A stretch of 64,000 nt of DNA from Trueperaceae bacterium (GCA_965215565.1 CBDCDZ010000004.1:2016001-2080000), one strand, 5' to 3'; positions 1 through 10,783 are shown, counted from the first letter of the stretch. Made by a program: numbers and translations. Notes: a model not told the origin generated them from the letters alone.

Positions 1-875
1 GCACGCCCGGCACCAAGATGACCAATACGGGCTGGCTCGGGCGGCACTTGAAGAGCGCGGCGTGGCAGAACAGCTCGCCTTTTCGCGCCGTAGGCATGGG
101 CGCGATGCTGCCCGCCTCGCTGCGCGGCGGCACCCCGCTTTCGCTGCGCTCGATTGCGGACTTCCACCTGCGCGGACGCCACGGCGAGGTGCAGCGCATG
201 GAGCGGATGCTCGCGGACCTCTACACCCTCCATATGCCGGACGAGAGGCTGGGACCACAAGCTGATCTCGTCTTCGAGACGGTGGAGATGTTGGACGCGC
301 TCGAGACGCACACCTATCAGCCTGCGGGCGGCGCGTCCTACCCGGACGACCATCACGGCTTCGGCAGGGGTCTCTCACAGATCGCACAGCTCATCAAAGC
401 GGAAGTGGGCTTGGAGGTGGCGTGCTTGGACTTAGGCGGTTGGGACACGCACGAAGAACAGGGCACCTTGGACGGCACCTTCAACTACCTCTTGGACACG
501 CTGGCACGCGGCTTAGAGGCGCTCTACACCGACTTGGGCGACAAGATGAAGCGCATTACAGTTCTCACCATGAGCGAATTTGGGCGGCGCGTGCAGGAGA
601 ACGCGAGCGCGGGCACCGACCACGGACACGGCAACGTGATGATGCTCATGGGCGGCGGCGTGAGGGGGGGGCAGGTCTACAGCAAGTGGCCCACCCTCAC
701 CGCAGACGCCCTTAGTGACGGCGATTTAGCTATTACGACGGACTACCGCGACGTGCTGGCGGACGTCGTCTCGCAGCGCCTTAACAACGACAAGCTGGAC
801 GAGATTTTTCCAGGGCACAGCGTGACTTCGCTCGGGCTCGTCGACCCCTTAGAAACGGAGGAGGCGCGTGCTTAG
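1..875 (+). CDS. DUF1501 family protein (5'-truncated by the window edge)
   Basis: Motifs GGWDTH, MSEFGRRVQENASAGTDHGHG and DLAITTDYRDV. The frame is open back to the window start. Confidence 0.85.
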   Translation, partial: TPGTKMTNTGWLGRHLKSAAWQNSSPFRAVGMGAMLPASLRGGTPLSLRSIADFHLRGRHGEVQRMERMLADLYTLHMPDERLGPQADLVFETVEMLDALETHTYQPAGGASYPDDHHGFGRGLSQIAQLIKAEVGLEVACLDLGGWDTHEEQGTLDGTFNYLLDTLARGLEALYTDLGDKMKRITVLTMSEFGRRVQENASAGTDHGHGNVMMLMGGGVRGGQVYSKWPTLTADALSDGDLAITTDYRDVLADVVSQRLNNDKLDEIFPGHSVTSLGLVDPLETEEARA

Positions 876-1662
876 GTCCTTGCGGCAAGGAGGACGTTAC
901 CTTCTTTTTACATTGCTCCTCACCTGTTTTCTTGGTGTTTTGGCGCAGGAGGAGTCGGGCGGGAGCGCTGAATCTTATGACGAAAGAAGAGCGCGGCTCA
1001 TTGCGCTAGTGGCAGAAACCGAGGACTTCGCGGACTGGCTCTCGGACTACGAGGGTTGGCAGGGCAGGGCGTGGCCCAAAGAGGAGGACGACGAGGACGG
1101 GCTCTGGTACGTCGAATTCAAGGACGAGGACGACGAGGAGTGGCTCGGCTACGCCGACGTGGACGTAGCGGGCAACATCGAGAACGCCTTTATTCCGCGC
1201 CCGCTGCCTGACAATGAACTCACTGAGGGCAGCGCGCGCGTGCGCGAACTCGTCCTGGCGGACCCCGAAGTCGCGGCGCGCCTGACCGATCCGCTCCTCT
1301 GGAACATCGAGGTGAACTACGACCGCTTCGACGTGAATTGGGACGTGAACTTCTATAGAGGTTTGGAGCACCTGCGCGTGATTGCGAAACTCCAAGACGA
1401 TGAATTCTATATCGAAGAGGTCCGCAACGAGCGCACCTTTGGCGAAGAGGACGCGGTGGAATACGCCAAAGATGAGGCCGTTCGTCTAGCATATGAAGAG
1501 GTAGGCGACGCTTTAGAAGGACTGGACGACTGGCGCACCTATGTGGAGCATCAGGGCGGCGCTACATGGAGCGTGTCGTTCGTAGCGGGCGAGACGGAGC
1601 GGTTTTACGCGCTGGTGGATGTGGAGGGCGAGCAGGTGTTGGAAAGTTACGCGCGGGAGTAG
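868..1662 (+). CDS. Acidic secreted hypothetical protein with three weak internal repeats
   Basis: GTG start after GGAGGAGG, overlapping the upstream stop. Signal-peptide-like N-terminus and recurring W..WxVxF segments. Confidence 0.7.
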   Translation: MLRSLRQGGRYLLFTLLLTCFLGVLAQEESGGSAESYDERRARLIALVAETEDFADWLSDYEGWQGRAWPKEEDDEDGLWYVEFKDEDDEEWLGYADVDVAGNIENAFIPRPLPDNELTEGSARVRELVLADPEVAARLTDPLLWNIEVNYDRFDVNWDVNFYRGLEHLRVIAKLQDDEFYIEEVRNERTFGEEDAVEYAKDEAVRLAYEEVGDALEGLDDWRTYVEHQGGATWSVSFVAGETERFYALVDVEGEQVLESYARE

Positions 1663-1789
1663 TCAGCGCCGTTTGCTCGGCTCGAGACTACCACCCAAAC
1701 TATTCCAGCGGGTATTATCACAGGTGTTATTGAGACTATGACGGCTCGAGACCGTATGGTTCATTCTTAGAGAGCGTACCAAGAGGTGC

Positions 1790-2935
1790 TTGTTGACTAC
1801 CAAAAACGCCAAACTGAGCTTAAACCTGGACGCTTTGGAAGAGGCCGCCGCGCAGCGCATGGGCGTCGCCGACTTCGGCTCCTCTCACTACCGGACAGGT
1901 TTGGAGAGGCTCCTTTCGTCTGCCAAAGAAGACGCAGGGCTCAACGCCCAGGGCGAGATGGTCTTGAGCCGTTTGATTTTGAACGCCTTGGAGAACCGCC
2001 TCGCCTTTGTAGCTGCGCGGAAGTCACCGGAGCGTTTTGCAGCGACTTCGCGGCCACCGCTTATCGTCATGGGGCTGCCACGCACCGGCACGACGCACCT
2101 GCACAGGCTCCTCGCCTCAGACGCACGCCACCGCGCCGCGCCCTTCTGGGAGGTGGTTTCGCCGCTGCCCCGTGACGCTCAGGATTCTCCGGCGCGCAGG
2201 GAGCAAAGGGCGAACGAATTTTTAGACTTGCTTGGCTGGTCCAACCCTGACATTGCCCATCACATCGAGGCTGACTTACCCGAGGAGTGCCGCTACATGC
2301 TGAGCATGACCTTCGAAAGCGCTCTCTTTTGGGATGTCGCGTCGGTTTACGGGTATCTCGAATGGTACGAGGCGCAAGACAGGCGGGAGAAGTACCGGGA
2401 GTACGCAGACGTGCTCAGGGCCTTGCAACAGCGACAACCCGACAAGAGGTTGGTCTTGAAAGAACCTGCACATACGGATGCGTTGGACGCGCTGCTCGAG
2501 GCTGTCCCCGACGCCCTCATCGTCCAAACCCACCGCGCTCCCGAAGACCAGTGCGCGAGCTGGTGCAGCTTAAACCACAAGACGCGTGAAATCGGGACGG
2601 ACACCTTGGCACGAGCACCCGGCACGCGGGCGAACTTAGACCTCTTGGAGACGATGATCGAAAGGAACTTGCGCTCGCGAGAGCAGTATCCGGGGCGCGT
2701 GTACGACGTTCGCTACGCCGACTTGGTGAGTGACCCTATTGGTGTGGTCAAAGGGATTTACGCGCACTACGGGCTCGAGGTCACTTCTGAGCTAAGCGAT
2801 TCGTTAGAGCGCTATGTCAAGGAGAATCCGCAACATAAGCACGGCAAACACAAATACAGCTTGGAGGATTTCGGGCTGAGCGCGTCCGATATTCAGCGCC
2901 GTTTTGGAGACTACGCTGCGGAATTTGTGGACTGA
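1790..2935 (+). CDS. Sulfotransferase family protein
   Basis: PAPS-binding loop GLPRTGTT, plus LVLKEPAH, IVQTHR and YADLVSDP motifs. Confidence 0.85.
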   Translation: MLTTKNAKLSLNLDALEEAAAQRMGVADFGSSHYRTGLERLLSSAKEDAGLNAQGEMVLSRLILNALENRLAFVAARKSPERFAATSRPPLIVMGLPRTGTTHLHRLLASDARHRAAPFWEVVSPLPRDAQDSPARREQRANEFLDLLGWSNPDIAHHIEADLPEECRYMLSMTFESALFWDVASVYGYLEWYEAQDRREKYREYADVLRALQQRQPDKRLVLKEPAHTDALDALLEAVPDALIVQTHRAPEDQCASWCSLNHKTREIGTDTLARAPGTRANLDLLETMIERNLRSREQYPGRVYDVRYADLVSDPIGVVKGIYAHYGLEVTSELSDSLERYVKENPQHKHGKHKYSLEDFGLSASDIQRRFGDYAAEFVD

Positions 2936-2984
2936 CGCCGTTCATCAGCGTCAGCGCTCTTATCCCTAAACCGAGTCAAAGGCG

Positions 2985-3202
2985 TTATACGGATTCCGAT
3001 TGATTACTGCATAAACTCCTTCGGAGTTGATTCCGTAATCATCGGAATCCGTAGCTCTTTATTCTCGCAAAGGAGCCTTCAGCCGGGGCTGATAAGCTTA
3101 ACGACGACGCGCGTAGCTTCAAAGATGATACCTCTGGCTGAAGACTCTTCCGCTCGGGTTAAACACGAAATAAAGTTTCGTGTTTAACCGGAAACGGTAT
3201 TA
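2985..3202. repeat. SRE-like modular hairpin element, copy 1 (ends TATACGGATTCCG ... CGGAAACGGTATTA)
   Basis: Nested inverted repeats. Shares sequence with 59211-59339 and 27581-27615. Confidence 0.8.
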
Positions 3203-3685
3203 CACGCCGGGTAACTCAACCGCACTCGGGAAGTCCGGGAAGAGGTTGGAGCTGTCTATTTCGCCGCGGTGGTTGAAGAAGGTGACGCGCCCTTCCAAGC
3301 TGCACGTCCACACCTCCTTCGCACCTTTCGCAAGGTAGAGATGGCGCTTTAGCGCCATCTCCGCGTCTGAGTTGGAGGGCGAAACGATTTCAACACAGAG
3401 TTCCGGTGCAATACCGAAGGGCGTTTCCAGGCCATTTTGAGAAAAGAAGTCGGCTGAAATCCACACAACATCAGCCACCTTGACTCCCTTCGAGGTTCTC
3501 AAGGAACATTCTGAAATGACAACGCCTCCACTTTTCAACCGAGTAAGAAGAAATGCAATCGCTGTTTGTATAGCACCGTGCAGGTTAGAAGCAGGGCTCA
3601 TAACGACGTTGCCCCATTCGTTAAGCTCAATCTTGAAGGGAAGATTTTGCAGCGTCTCATCTTTGATAACCTCTGACCATTCCAT
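3200..3685 (-). CDS. Uma2 family (PD-(D/E)XK) endonuclease
   Basis: Motifs MSPAS..H, VKVADVVW, APELCVEIVSPSN and YLAKGAKEVW. Confidence 0.9.
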   Translation of the reverse strand: MEWSEVIKDETLQNLPFKIELNEWGNVVMSPASNLHGAIQTAIAFLLTRLKSGGVVISECSLRTSKGVKVADVVWISADFFSQNGLETPFGIAPELCVEIVSPSNSDAEMALKRHLYLAKGAKEVWTCSLEGRVTFFNHRGEIDSSNLFPDFPSAVELPGV

Positions 3686-3773
3686 ACGTCTATTCTACTC
3701 GAGTTCTCCCCACCTACACCTCTTTAGTAGCGAAACACACACCCCTCTTGAAAAAATGTTATATACTTTTCTT

Positions 3774-3944
3774 ACCACAGAAAGGAGGTGGTCCGAATTT
3801 TACAAAATGACATGACCAGTGGAGGTACCCGCCGAGGGTAACTGACCATGTCCCGGACTGAGGGACTTTCGCTAAAGAGTTGTTTATCCTCAGTACCAGG
3901 CGGGCACCGACAGCCTCGAGATCGTCTCGAGGCTGTTTCCTTTT
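3774..3944 (+). ncRNA. Candidate small structured RNA / micro-ORF transcript with a 16S-complementary 5' end
   Basis: TATACT at 3762-3767 and AGAAAGGAGGTGGTCC at 3779-3794. Internal stems, then a terminator hairpin at 3909-3937 followed by T's. The flanking genes are on the opposite strand. Confidence 0.55.
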
Positions 3945-4062
3945 GCCCTTGTCGTTTGGCGGTGTACCACGTTTTGCGTGTGGCGTTGCGCTAATATTTA
4001 TGAGAGAGGTAGCTCGGTCCCCGCATGGACGCAAAACGGGACACCTCAGACCTCTTGTACTT

Positions 4063-4518
4063 TTAGAGCGTTAAATTGTACGTATAGAAAGACGTGTCTT
4101 TCTTCCACCCGAGCGCTTCATAAAGTTTTTGCGCTTGCTCATTCGTGACCTCCGTCGCAAGCATCAGCCGCGCCGCGCCCGTTTCTTTTCCGAAACTCGC
4201 CGCACGCTCCATGAGCACTTTTGCTACCCCTTTACGCCTTGCCTGCTCCGTTACGAAGAGGTCATTCAAAATCCAAATCTGCGCCATCAAGACGGACGAA
4301 AACGAGGGGTAGAGCTGCGCAAAGCCGGCGGGTTTACCGTCTGAAAACGCGATGAAAACGACCGAATCCCCTTGCGAGAGCCGCTCGTACAAAAACGCCT
4401 TTGCCCCCGACGTGTCGGAGGCTTGGCGGTAGAACTGCCTGTAACCGTCGAAAAGTTGCGTGAGTTCATCTAAGTGCTGGAGTCCAGCTTGGACGACCTT
4501 TAAGTCTGAATCAGCCAC
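4063..4518 (-). CDS. GNAT family N-acetyltransferase
   Basis: Acetyl-CoA motif WILNDLFV..ARRKGVA and N..AQKLYEALG. Confidence 0.9.
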   Translation of the reverse strand: MADSDLKVVQAGLQHLDELTQLFDGYRQFYRQASDTSGAKAFLYERLSQGDSVVFIAFSDGKPAGFAQLYPSFSSVLMAQIWILNDLFVTEQARRKGVAKVLMERAASFGKETGAARLMLATEVTNEQAQKLYEALGWKKDTSFYTYNLTL

Positions 4519-5089
4519 GTCTTCCTAGCAGTTTCCAGGCGGTGGGTAGGAGGCTCGAGGCTAAGAGTAGCTTGAGCACGTCTCCAGGGATGAAAGGATA
4601 CAGTCCGGCTTGCAAGGTTGCTTGCGCACTCGGCGTAAGCTGAGAGAGCCACAAAAGTCCGGGGATGTAGATGACGATGTTACCTAAAAGCATGGCGAGC
4701 GCGGTGGTGGAGAAACGCCTGTCCAGGCCTCTTTGTGCTAAATAGCCAACTAGAGCAGCAGCGAGAAGGTAGCCGAAGAGGTAGCCTCCCGTTGCGCCCG
4801 TCATGTACGACCAGCCTGCACCACCCGAAAAGACCCCTAGACCAAGTCCGCCTGCAATAAGGTAAAGGACCATCGTTAGGCTGCCGAGCTTGAGACCATA
4901 CGCCGCACCAATCAGTAGAACACCGAAAGTGGCTCCGGTAATAGGCACGGGACCAATCTCAAAACGAACGTGGGCGAGGAGCGCCATCAGCGCGACACCG
5001 AGCGCGAGCTGCAAGGGGATGCGCAAGGCGTCTTGGCGAATGGGGATGAGGCGGTGGATAAGGGGACGGGCGAGGGTTGGACTTGTCAT
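4511..5089 (-). CDS. bioY: Biotin transporter BioY (ECF S component)
   Basis: Motifs PVPITG.TFGV, GATGGYLFG and PFIPGD..K. Start set at the ATG after GGAGG. Confidence 0.9.
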   Translation of the reverse strand: MTSPTLARPLIHRLIPIRQDALRIPLQLALGVALMALLAHVRFEIGPVPITGATFGVLLIGAAYGLKLGSLTMVLYLIAGGLGLGVFSGGAGWSYMTGATGGYLFGYLLAAALVGYLAQRGLDRRFSTTALAMLLGNIVIYIPGLLWLSQLTPSAQATLQAGLYPFIPGDVLKLLLASSLLPTAWKLLGRRG

Positions 5090-5111
5090 TGAAGGACCTC
5101 CTAAAGTCTGT

Positions 5112-5227
5112 TTTGCAAAATCTTCCAAAGTTACTGAGCTTGTATCGCGCAGATATCATCTCAATAGCGTGAATCCAAGTCAGCGTCTTCTCGAGTGAAT
5201 ACGTCGCTGACCAGATGATACCTGCTA
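5112..5227 (-). mobile_element. MITE family A copy (TAGCAGGTATCATCTGGT terminus); distal end approximate
   Basis: The reverse complement begins TAGCAGGTATCATCTGGTCAG, matching the copies at 17644, 46646 and 62732. Confidence 0.65.
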
Positions 5228-5365
5228 TAAAGCGAGAGCCAGTATAACGTCAAAGTACTTCGCCGTCTAAGCCCGTTCTATTAAGGTGCAACACATAGCG
5301 TGCCATAACGTTCTCGGTGACACGTCAGCTTAGTTAGCGAAGCAGCCTTGTTATGATTTACAAAG

Positions 5366-5968
5366 ATGAATAAACCTCTTGTCTTTGTCACCGTTACGCT
5401 GCTCATGTTCATCCCTCACGCCCTTGCTCAAACCTGCGACTATCAGCCGTCCATACCCCAAACCGCTGAAGAGCGCGAAGAGGCGGCGCGGCGGCAGCGT
5501 TACCGCGAGCGGCTCTCTATGTATCAGGCGATGCTCCCGAACACGCCGGCGGCGCAACTCCTCATGCCCGTGACAGGCGTGCGCGTCGCTGAGGTTGCAG
5601 ACACGTGGGGCGCACCGAGAGGGGGCGGCAGAACGCACGAAGGTCAAGACATCTTCGCGCCGCGCGGCACGCCGATTTACGCCGCGGCGTCCGGCTACAT
5701 CTACCGCATCGGCACGGGCAGCTTGGGCGGCAAGCTCGTGTTCGTCGCCGGGGCGGGCGGCAGGCGCTACTACTACGCGCATCTGGACGACTGGGCAGAC
5801 ATCGAAGAGGGGATGTACGTCACGACGGACACGGTATTAGGCTTTGTGGGTAACAGCGGTAACGCCGTGACCACGCCGCCGCACCTGCATTTTGGGGTGT
5901 ATAGCGGCTCGAGGCGCACCTGCGACCGAGAGGTCATCGACCCGCTGCCACTCCTCGTAGACCGCTAA
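5366..5968 (+). CDS. M23 family metallopeptidase, secreted
   Basis: HEGQD, YYAHL and HLHF Zn motifs plus a signal peptide. Confidence 0.9.
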   Translation: MNKPLVFVTVTLLMFIPHALAQTCDYQPSIPQTAEEREEAARRQRYRERLSMYQAMLPNTPAAQLLMPVTGVRVAEVADTWGAPRGGGRTHEGQDIFAPRGTPIYAAASGYIYRIGTGSLGGKLVFVAGAGGRRYYYAHLDDWADIEEGMYVTTDTVLGFVGNSGNAVTTPPHLHFGVYSGSRRTCDREVIDPLPLLVDR

Positions 5969-6085
5969 GAATTTGAGCACGCACCGTTCGGGGTAGGCTG
6001 CGCACACAATCACGCTTAAAACCTTGCTTCGATACGCCCGGTTCCCCTTACATCCCCTCAGAATTAGGCTGACTATACTAACCGC

Positions 6086-6583
6086 ATGTCAGAACCTGCA
6101 AACACAGCACCACTAAAGGTATGCACCTCCGAATGGGTCAGCACGGTGGACCTCGTCTTTCCCAACCAGGTCAACCCGCTGGGCACGCTCTTCGGTGGGC
6201 GGGTCTTGGAGCTGATGGATATCAACTCGAGCATCGCCTGTTGGCGCTTCTGCCGAATGCCCGCCGTGACCGCTTCGACGGAGCCCGTGGACTTTCGCAA
6301 CCCCATCTACGTGGGTGACATCATCGAAGTGAAGAGCCGAGTAGCGTATGCGGGGCGCAGCAGCATGATCGTTAGAACGGAAGTCTACAGCGAAAACCCG
6401 TCAGAAGGCGAGCGCAAGCTCTGCACGATCGGACACATGAGCTTCGTCGCCATCGGCGAGGACAAGAAGCCGCGCCCCGTGCCAGACCTGCGCGTCGAGA
6501 CGGACGCCGAGCGCCGCCATTTTGAAATTGCCAAAGAGGTCAAAGAGGGCATTGCGAGGAGGCGGGCGCAGCCGATGGCGTAG
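6086..6583 (+). CDS. Acyl-CoA thioesterase (hot-dog fold)
   Basis: Motifs NPLGTLFGG..L..MD, VTAS, VDF..P and GRSSM. Confidence 0.9.
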   Translation: MSEPANTAPLKVCTSEWVSTVDLVFPNQVNPLGTLFGGRVLELMDINSSIACWRFCRMPAVTASTEPVDFRNPIYVGDIIEVKSRVAYAGRSSMIVRTEVYSENPSEGERKLCTIGHMSFVAIGEDKKPRPVPDLRVETDAERRHFEIAKEVKEGIARRRAQPMA

Positions 6584-6934
6584 CGTTTTAAGCGGTCAGT
6601 AGCTAGGAGTCAAAACCGCTCTTTTGAAAAGCTGGCGCGTTTACGAAGTTTTCCTTCGGGAACTAGCTCGACTAGATTAAGCGTAAAGGCTTGCCTAACT
6701 ACTGAACACTGCCTCTTGACGGCTTATCTATCTGCCTAATGCTCCGTTCAACCGTCAAACAGCGGTCACTTTGCAAGCTAACGAAACGTTTGAGGCTCGA
6801 GCCGCGATTAAGGTAAGCGTGTAAGGGGGTTAGCTTACAAATCAGCTCAGTACAAGATGATTGGTACAGATTGGTACAAGGTGAGACGAAACACCGCCGC
6901 TCGAAAAGCGTAAAGTATTTCACAGGAGGAGAAC

Positions 6935-8926
6935 ATGCCACAAACGATAGAGAAAAACGTCAGCGAACTTCAGCAGCGCGCCATCAACGTGATCCGTGCG
7001 CTCACCATTGACGCCACCCAAGAGGCGGGCTCCGGTCACCCCGGAATGCCGATGGGCGCAGCGCCGATGGGTTACGTACTGTTCAAAGAGGTCATGAACT
7101 TCAACCCTAAGAATCCGCAGTGGGCGAACCGGGACCGCTACATCCAGTCGGCGGGGCACGGCTCGATGCTGCAGTACAGCTTGGCGCACCTCACGGGCTT
7201 CGACCTCACGATGGATGATTTGAAAGCGTACCGCCAGTGGGAGAGCAGGACACCGGGGCACCCCGAGCACTTCCTGACGCCAGGTGTCGAAACCACCACC
7301 GGGCCGCTCGGACAAGGTCTGGCGACGGCGGCGGGAATGGCGCTCGCGGAGGCGCACCTAGCCGCGATCTACAACCGCGACGGTCATGAAATCGTGGACC
7401 ACTACACCTACGTCATCGCCTCGGACGGCGACATCATGGAGGGCGTCACGGCGGAGTCGGGCTCGCTCGCCGGTCACCTGGGCTTGGGCAAGCTCATCGT
7501 ACTTTATGATGATAATCACATCACCTTGGACGACCAAGCGGACGTTTCGTTCAGCGAGGACACCATGAAGCGCTACGAGGCGTACGGCTGGCACACCGTG
7601 CGCGTCGAGGACGGCAACGATGTCGCCGCTATCGAAGAAGCGGTTCAAAACGCTAAAAATGAGACGAGCAAGCCGAGCATCATCTCGGTGCGCTCGATCA
7701 TCGGCTTCGGCGCGCCCAACGAGAACACCTCCGAGGTGCACGGCTCGCCCTTAGGTGACGACGGCGCGAAAGAGGCGAAGGAGAACTTGGGCATCGACTG
7801 GGACCCCTTCACCGTGCCTGACGACGTGAAAGAGCACTACTTGGAAGCAGTCGAGCGGGGCGAAAAAGCCGAGCAGGAGTGGCAGGCGCGCTTCGACAAG
7901 TATAAAGAGGAATTTCCCGACCTAGCCAAGCAGTTTGAAGCGGTCATGGCGGGCGAGTTGCCAGACGACTTAGAGCAGTATCTCCCCAAATTCGAGACGG
8001 GCGAAGCGACCGCGACGCGCAAAGCCTCCAACGCAGCCCTGAACGCTTTAGCGAAGCACATCCCTCAACTCTTAGGCGGCTCAGCCGACCTAGCAGGCTC
8101 GACGAAAACCGATATCGACGACACCGAGGTCATCTCTCGCGGCAACTACGCGGGGCGCAACATCTACTTCGGTGTGCGCGAGCACGCGATGGCCGCCGCC
8201 GCCAACGGCATGTCGCTGCACGGCGGCTGCAAGCCGTTTGTGGGCACGTTCCTCATCTTTTCGGACTACTTGCGCCCGAGCTTGCGCCTAGCGGCGCTGA
8301 TGGACCAACCCGTTATTTACGTCTTCACGCACGACTCCATCGGGCTCGGCGGCGACGGACCCACGCACCAGCCCATCGCGCAACTCATGGCGCTTAGAGC
8401 CATCCCGCACATGAACGTGATTCGTCCCGCTGACGGCAACGAAGCGGCGCAGGCGTGGGCGTACGCGGTGGGCGGAGAGCATCCTACGGCGCTCGTCTTT
8501 ACCCGTCAGGATGTGCCCAACTTGGACGTGCCGCAAGGCAGCGTCAAAAAGGGCGGCTACATCATCTCGGACTCGGACGGCTCGCCCGATGTGATCCTGA
8601 TCGCGACGGGCTCAGAGGTGCATAAGTGCCTGGAGGCAAAGGAGCAGATGTCAGGCGTAAACGTCCGCGTGGTGAGTATGCCCTGCTTCGAACTCTTCGA
8701 CGCGCAAGACGAGTCTTACCGCGAGTCGGTCTTGCCTTCTTCGGTAAGAGCGAGAGTCGCTGTCGAGGCAGGCGCGACGCTCGGCTGGCACAAGTACGTC
8801 GGCTTGGACGGCGCAACGGTCACCCTAGACCGCTTCGGCGCGTCGGCAGATGGCGACGTCGTGATGGAGAAGCTCGGCTTCACGCCTGATAACATCGCGA
8901 AGGTGGCGCAAGGGCTTCTGAGCTAG
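6935..8926 (+). CDS. tkt: Transketolase
   Basis: Motifs [32 protein letters not shown] and [15 protein letters not shown]. Confidence 0.98.
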   Translation: MPQTIEKNVSELQQRAINVIRALTIDATQEAGSGHPGMPMGAAPMGYVLFKEVMNFNPKNPQWANRDRYIQSAGHGSMLQYSLAHLTGFDLTMDDLKAYRQWESRTPGHPEHFLTPGVETTTGPLGQGLATAAGMALAEAHLAAIYNRDGHEIVDHYTYVIASDGDIMEGVTAESGSLAGHLGLGKLIVLYDDNHITLDDQADVSFSEDTMKRYEAYGWHTVRVEDGNDVAAIEEAVQNAKNETSKPSIISVRSIIGFGAPNENTSEVHGSPLGDDGAKEAKENLGIDWDPFTVPDDVKEHYLEAVERGEKAEQEWQARFDKYKEEFPDLAKQFEAVMAGELPDDLEQYLPKFETGEATATRKASNAALNALAKHIPQLLGGSADLAGSTKTDIDDTEVISRGNYAGRNIYFGVREHAMAAAANGMSLHGGCKPFVGTFLIFSDYLRPSLRLAALMDQPVIYVFTHDSIGLGGDGPTHQPIAQLMALRAIPHMNVIRPADGNEAAQAWAYAVGGEHPTALVFTRQDVPNLDVPQGSVKKGGYIISDSDGSPDVILIATGSEVHKCLEAKEQMSGVNVRVVSMPCFELFDAQDESYRESVLPSSVRARVAVEAGATLGWHKYVGLDGATVTLDRFGASADGDVVMEKLGFTPDNIAKVAQGLLS

Positions 8927-9024
8927 TCACGTAGCAGCTTCATCAAACCTAAACCGTCCCTCCCTAGACTAGCGAGGGGCGGTATTCTTTGTAAGATAGA
9001 AAGAATAATCTACAGGAGGCGTTC

Positions 9025-10761
9025 ATGGCACTACGAAACATTACGACGAAAACCCTACGACTCGTTCTTATCGTGGGGCTTACCTTAGGTAGCTTCGCCG
9101 CCGCGCAAGACCTAGCCGAGCTGTTGCCCGAAGACACCATCTTCGCGCTCGGAATGCAGGGGCTCAGCGAGGCGGACGAGCGGTTGGAGCCCTTCCAGGC
9201 TGAATTCGAGCGGTTGGAAGTCGGCGAGGCGCTCACGACCTTATTCGAGTCGCAGGACGTGGGCGCGACGGGTGGTATGGGCGGCGAAGAGATACCCAGC
9301 GAGGTAGACGCGCTCCTCAGCTTAGAGGTCTTAGGGCAAGAGGCGTGGATTGCGCTTTCCGCCTCGTCCTTTAGCCCGCTACCCGCAGCGACGCTCATCA
9401 CGCAGCTTACGCCCGAAGCGGTGGAGCAAGTCGGTCCACTGCTCGAGCAAGCCAACGCTCAAGAGAATCCCGAGAGTTTCACCGAGGGCGACTACACCTT
9501 CTACCAACTTCCTATCGAAGACGCCGACCCCATCCAAGTCGTCGCCTACGCGCAAGCCGACGACCTCTTGATGATCTCTACGAACCCCGAGGTGCTGCGC
9601 GGCGTACTGCGGCGCTTGGGCGGCGCGGGCGAGCCGAACTTCGCGGAGAGCGAGGGCTACGCGCAGACGCTCGGCACACTGGAGAATGGCACGTTCTACG
9701 GCTACCTAGACTACGCGGGCATCGCCGACGTCGCCGAGCCCTTCTCGCAAGGTTTCGGCTTCGATCAGCTCGTGACGCGGCTCAGTTCAGCCTTTCAAAC
9801 GGCGGGCGTGACGGGCGGTGTGGCGCGGCTCACGGATGAGGGCGTCATCACAGAGGGCTTGCAAGCGGTCAACGAGGCGGGCGGCGATAGCGAGTTGTAC
9901 GACCTCTTGACGCGCGGCGACGCGGCGGACTTAGACACACAACGTTTCGCACCTGAAGACGCGCTCGGCTACAGCGTCAGCGCTACTGACCTCTCCGGCT
10001 GGTACGACTACCTCAACAGCTTGGCGACGAGCGTGCCCGAGTTGGGCGGCGACTTAGATAGCCTCCTCTTGTCGTTTACGGGCATCAACTTGCGCCAGAC
10101 CTTTTTCGACTGGACGGACGGACAAGTCGTCACGGTGACGACGGGCTTAGGCGAGGTTGCCGAGCCGGGTGTGCCGAGCGAAAACCTCTTGGGCGAAGCG
10201 GTCTACCTCATCCGGGCGAGCGACGAGGGCGAAGCCGAGGAGGGCTTAGCGGTGCTCTTCGAGAGCCTCAGCCAGTCCATCGCCGCCTTTAGCGATCCGA
10301 TGGGCGGCTCGGGCGGGGCAACGTCGAGCACGGCGCAAATCGGCGACGTGGAGGTCACCCAATACGACATCACCGACGGCGTCAGCCTCTCCTACGCCGT
10401 CACGGACGGCTACGCGCTCATCGCCACGACAGAGGACGCGATGCGGAGCGTTTTGGAAGCGGAGGAGCCCTTAGACGTGGACTTAGGCGTCGTGCCGGAG
10501 GACGCCAGCAGCGCCGCCTACTCGGACGCCCAGGCGACTTTGGAGGGCTCGGCGCAGCAGATCGGCAGCCAGTTGGAGCTTGCCGCCGGTCTAGGCGGGG
10601 CGTCGGGGCTCAACTTCGACGAGGTCGAGAACGCGAGCAGCGTCTTAGAAGAGTATCTCAGCTTCGTCGCCTCGAGGCTCGGCGACAGCGTTAGCTACAG
10701 CGAACGCGCGGACGAGGGGATTACCTCGTACAGCGAAACCGAGGTGGACTGGGAAGAATAG
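9025..10761 (+). CDS. Large acidic secreted protein (DUF3352-like)
   Basis: Signal peptide ending AAA-Q, 578 aa, AGGAGG Shine-Dalgarno. The family call is only a resemblance. Confidence 0.6.
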   Translation: MALRNITTKTLRLVLIVGLTLGSFAAAQDLAELLPEDTIFALGMQGLSEADERLEPFQAEFERLEVGEALTTLFESQDVGATGGMGGEEIPSEVDALLSLEVLGQEAWIALSASSFSPLPAATLITQLTPEAVEQVGPLLEQANAQENPESFTEGDYTFYQLPIEDADPIQVVAYAQADDLLMISTNPEVLRGVLRRLGGAGEPNFAESEGYAQTLGTLENGTFYGYLDYAGIADVAEPFSQGFGFDQLVTRLSSAFQTAGVTGGVARLTDEGVITEGLQAVNEAGGDSELYDLLTRGDAADLDTQRFAPEDALGYSVSATDLSGWYDYLNSLATSVPELGGDLDSLLLSFTGINLRQTFFDWTDGQVVTVTTGLGEVAEPGVPSENLLGEAVYLIRASDEGEAEEGLAVLFESLSQSIAAFSDPMGGSGGATSSTAQIGDVEVTQYDITDGVSLSYAVTDGYALIATTEDAMRSVLEAEEPLDVDLGVVPEDASSAAYSDAQATLEGSAQQIGSQLELAAGLGGASGLNFDEVENASSVLEEYLSFVASRLGDSVSYSERADEGITSYSETEVDWEE

Positions 10762-10783
10762 CCAACTATAAAAACGCGGATGT

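Noticed and set aside
1..2935. DUF1501 / secreted protein / sulfotransferase as one pathway
   Set aside because: The cluster is truncated by the window edge, and the sulfotransferase is separated by ~130 bp with no evidence of functional linkage.
3779..3794. Possible 16S rRNA gene fragment on the minus strand
   Set aside because: Similarity stops after 16 nt and the flanks do not resemble rRNA or an rRNA spacer.
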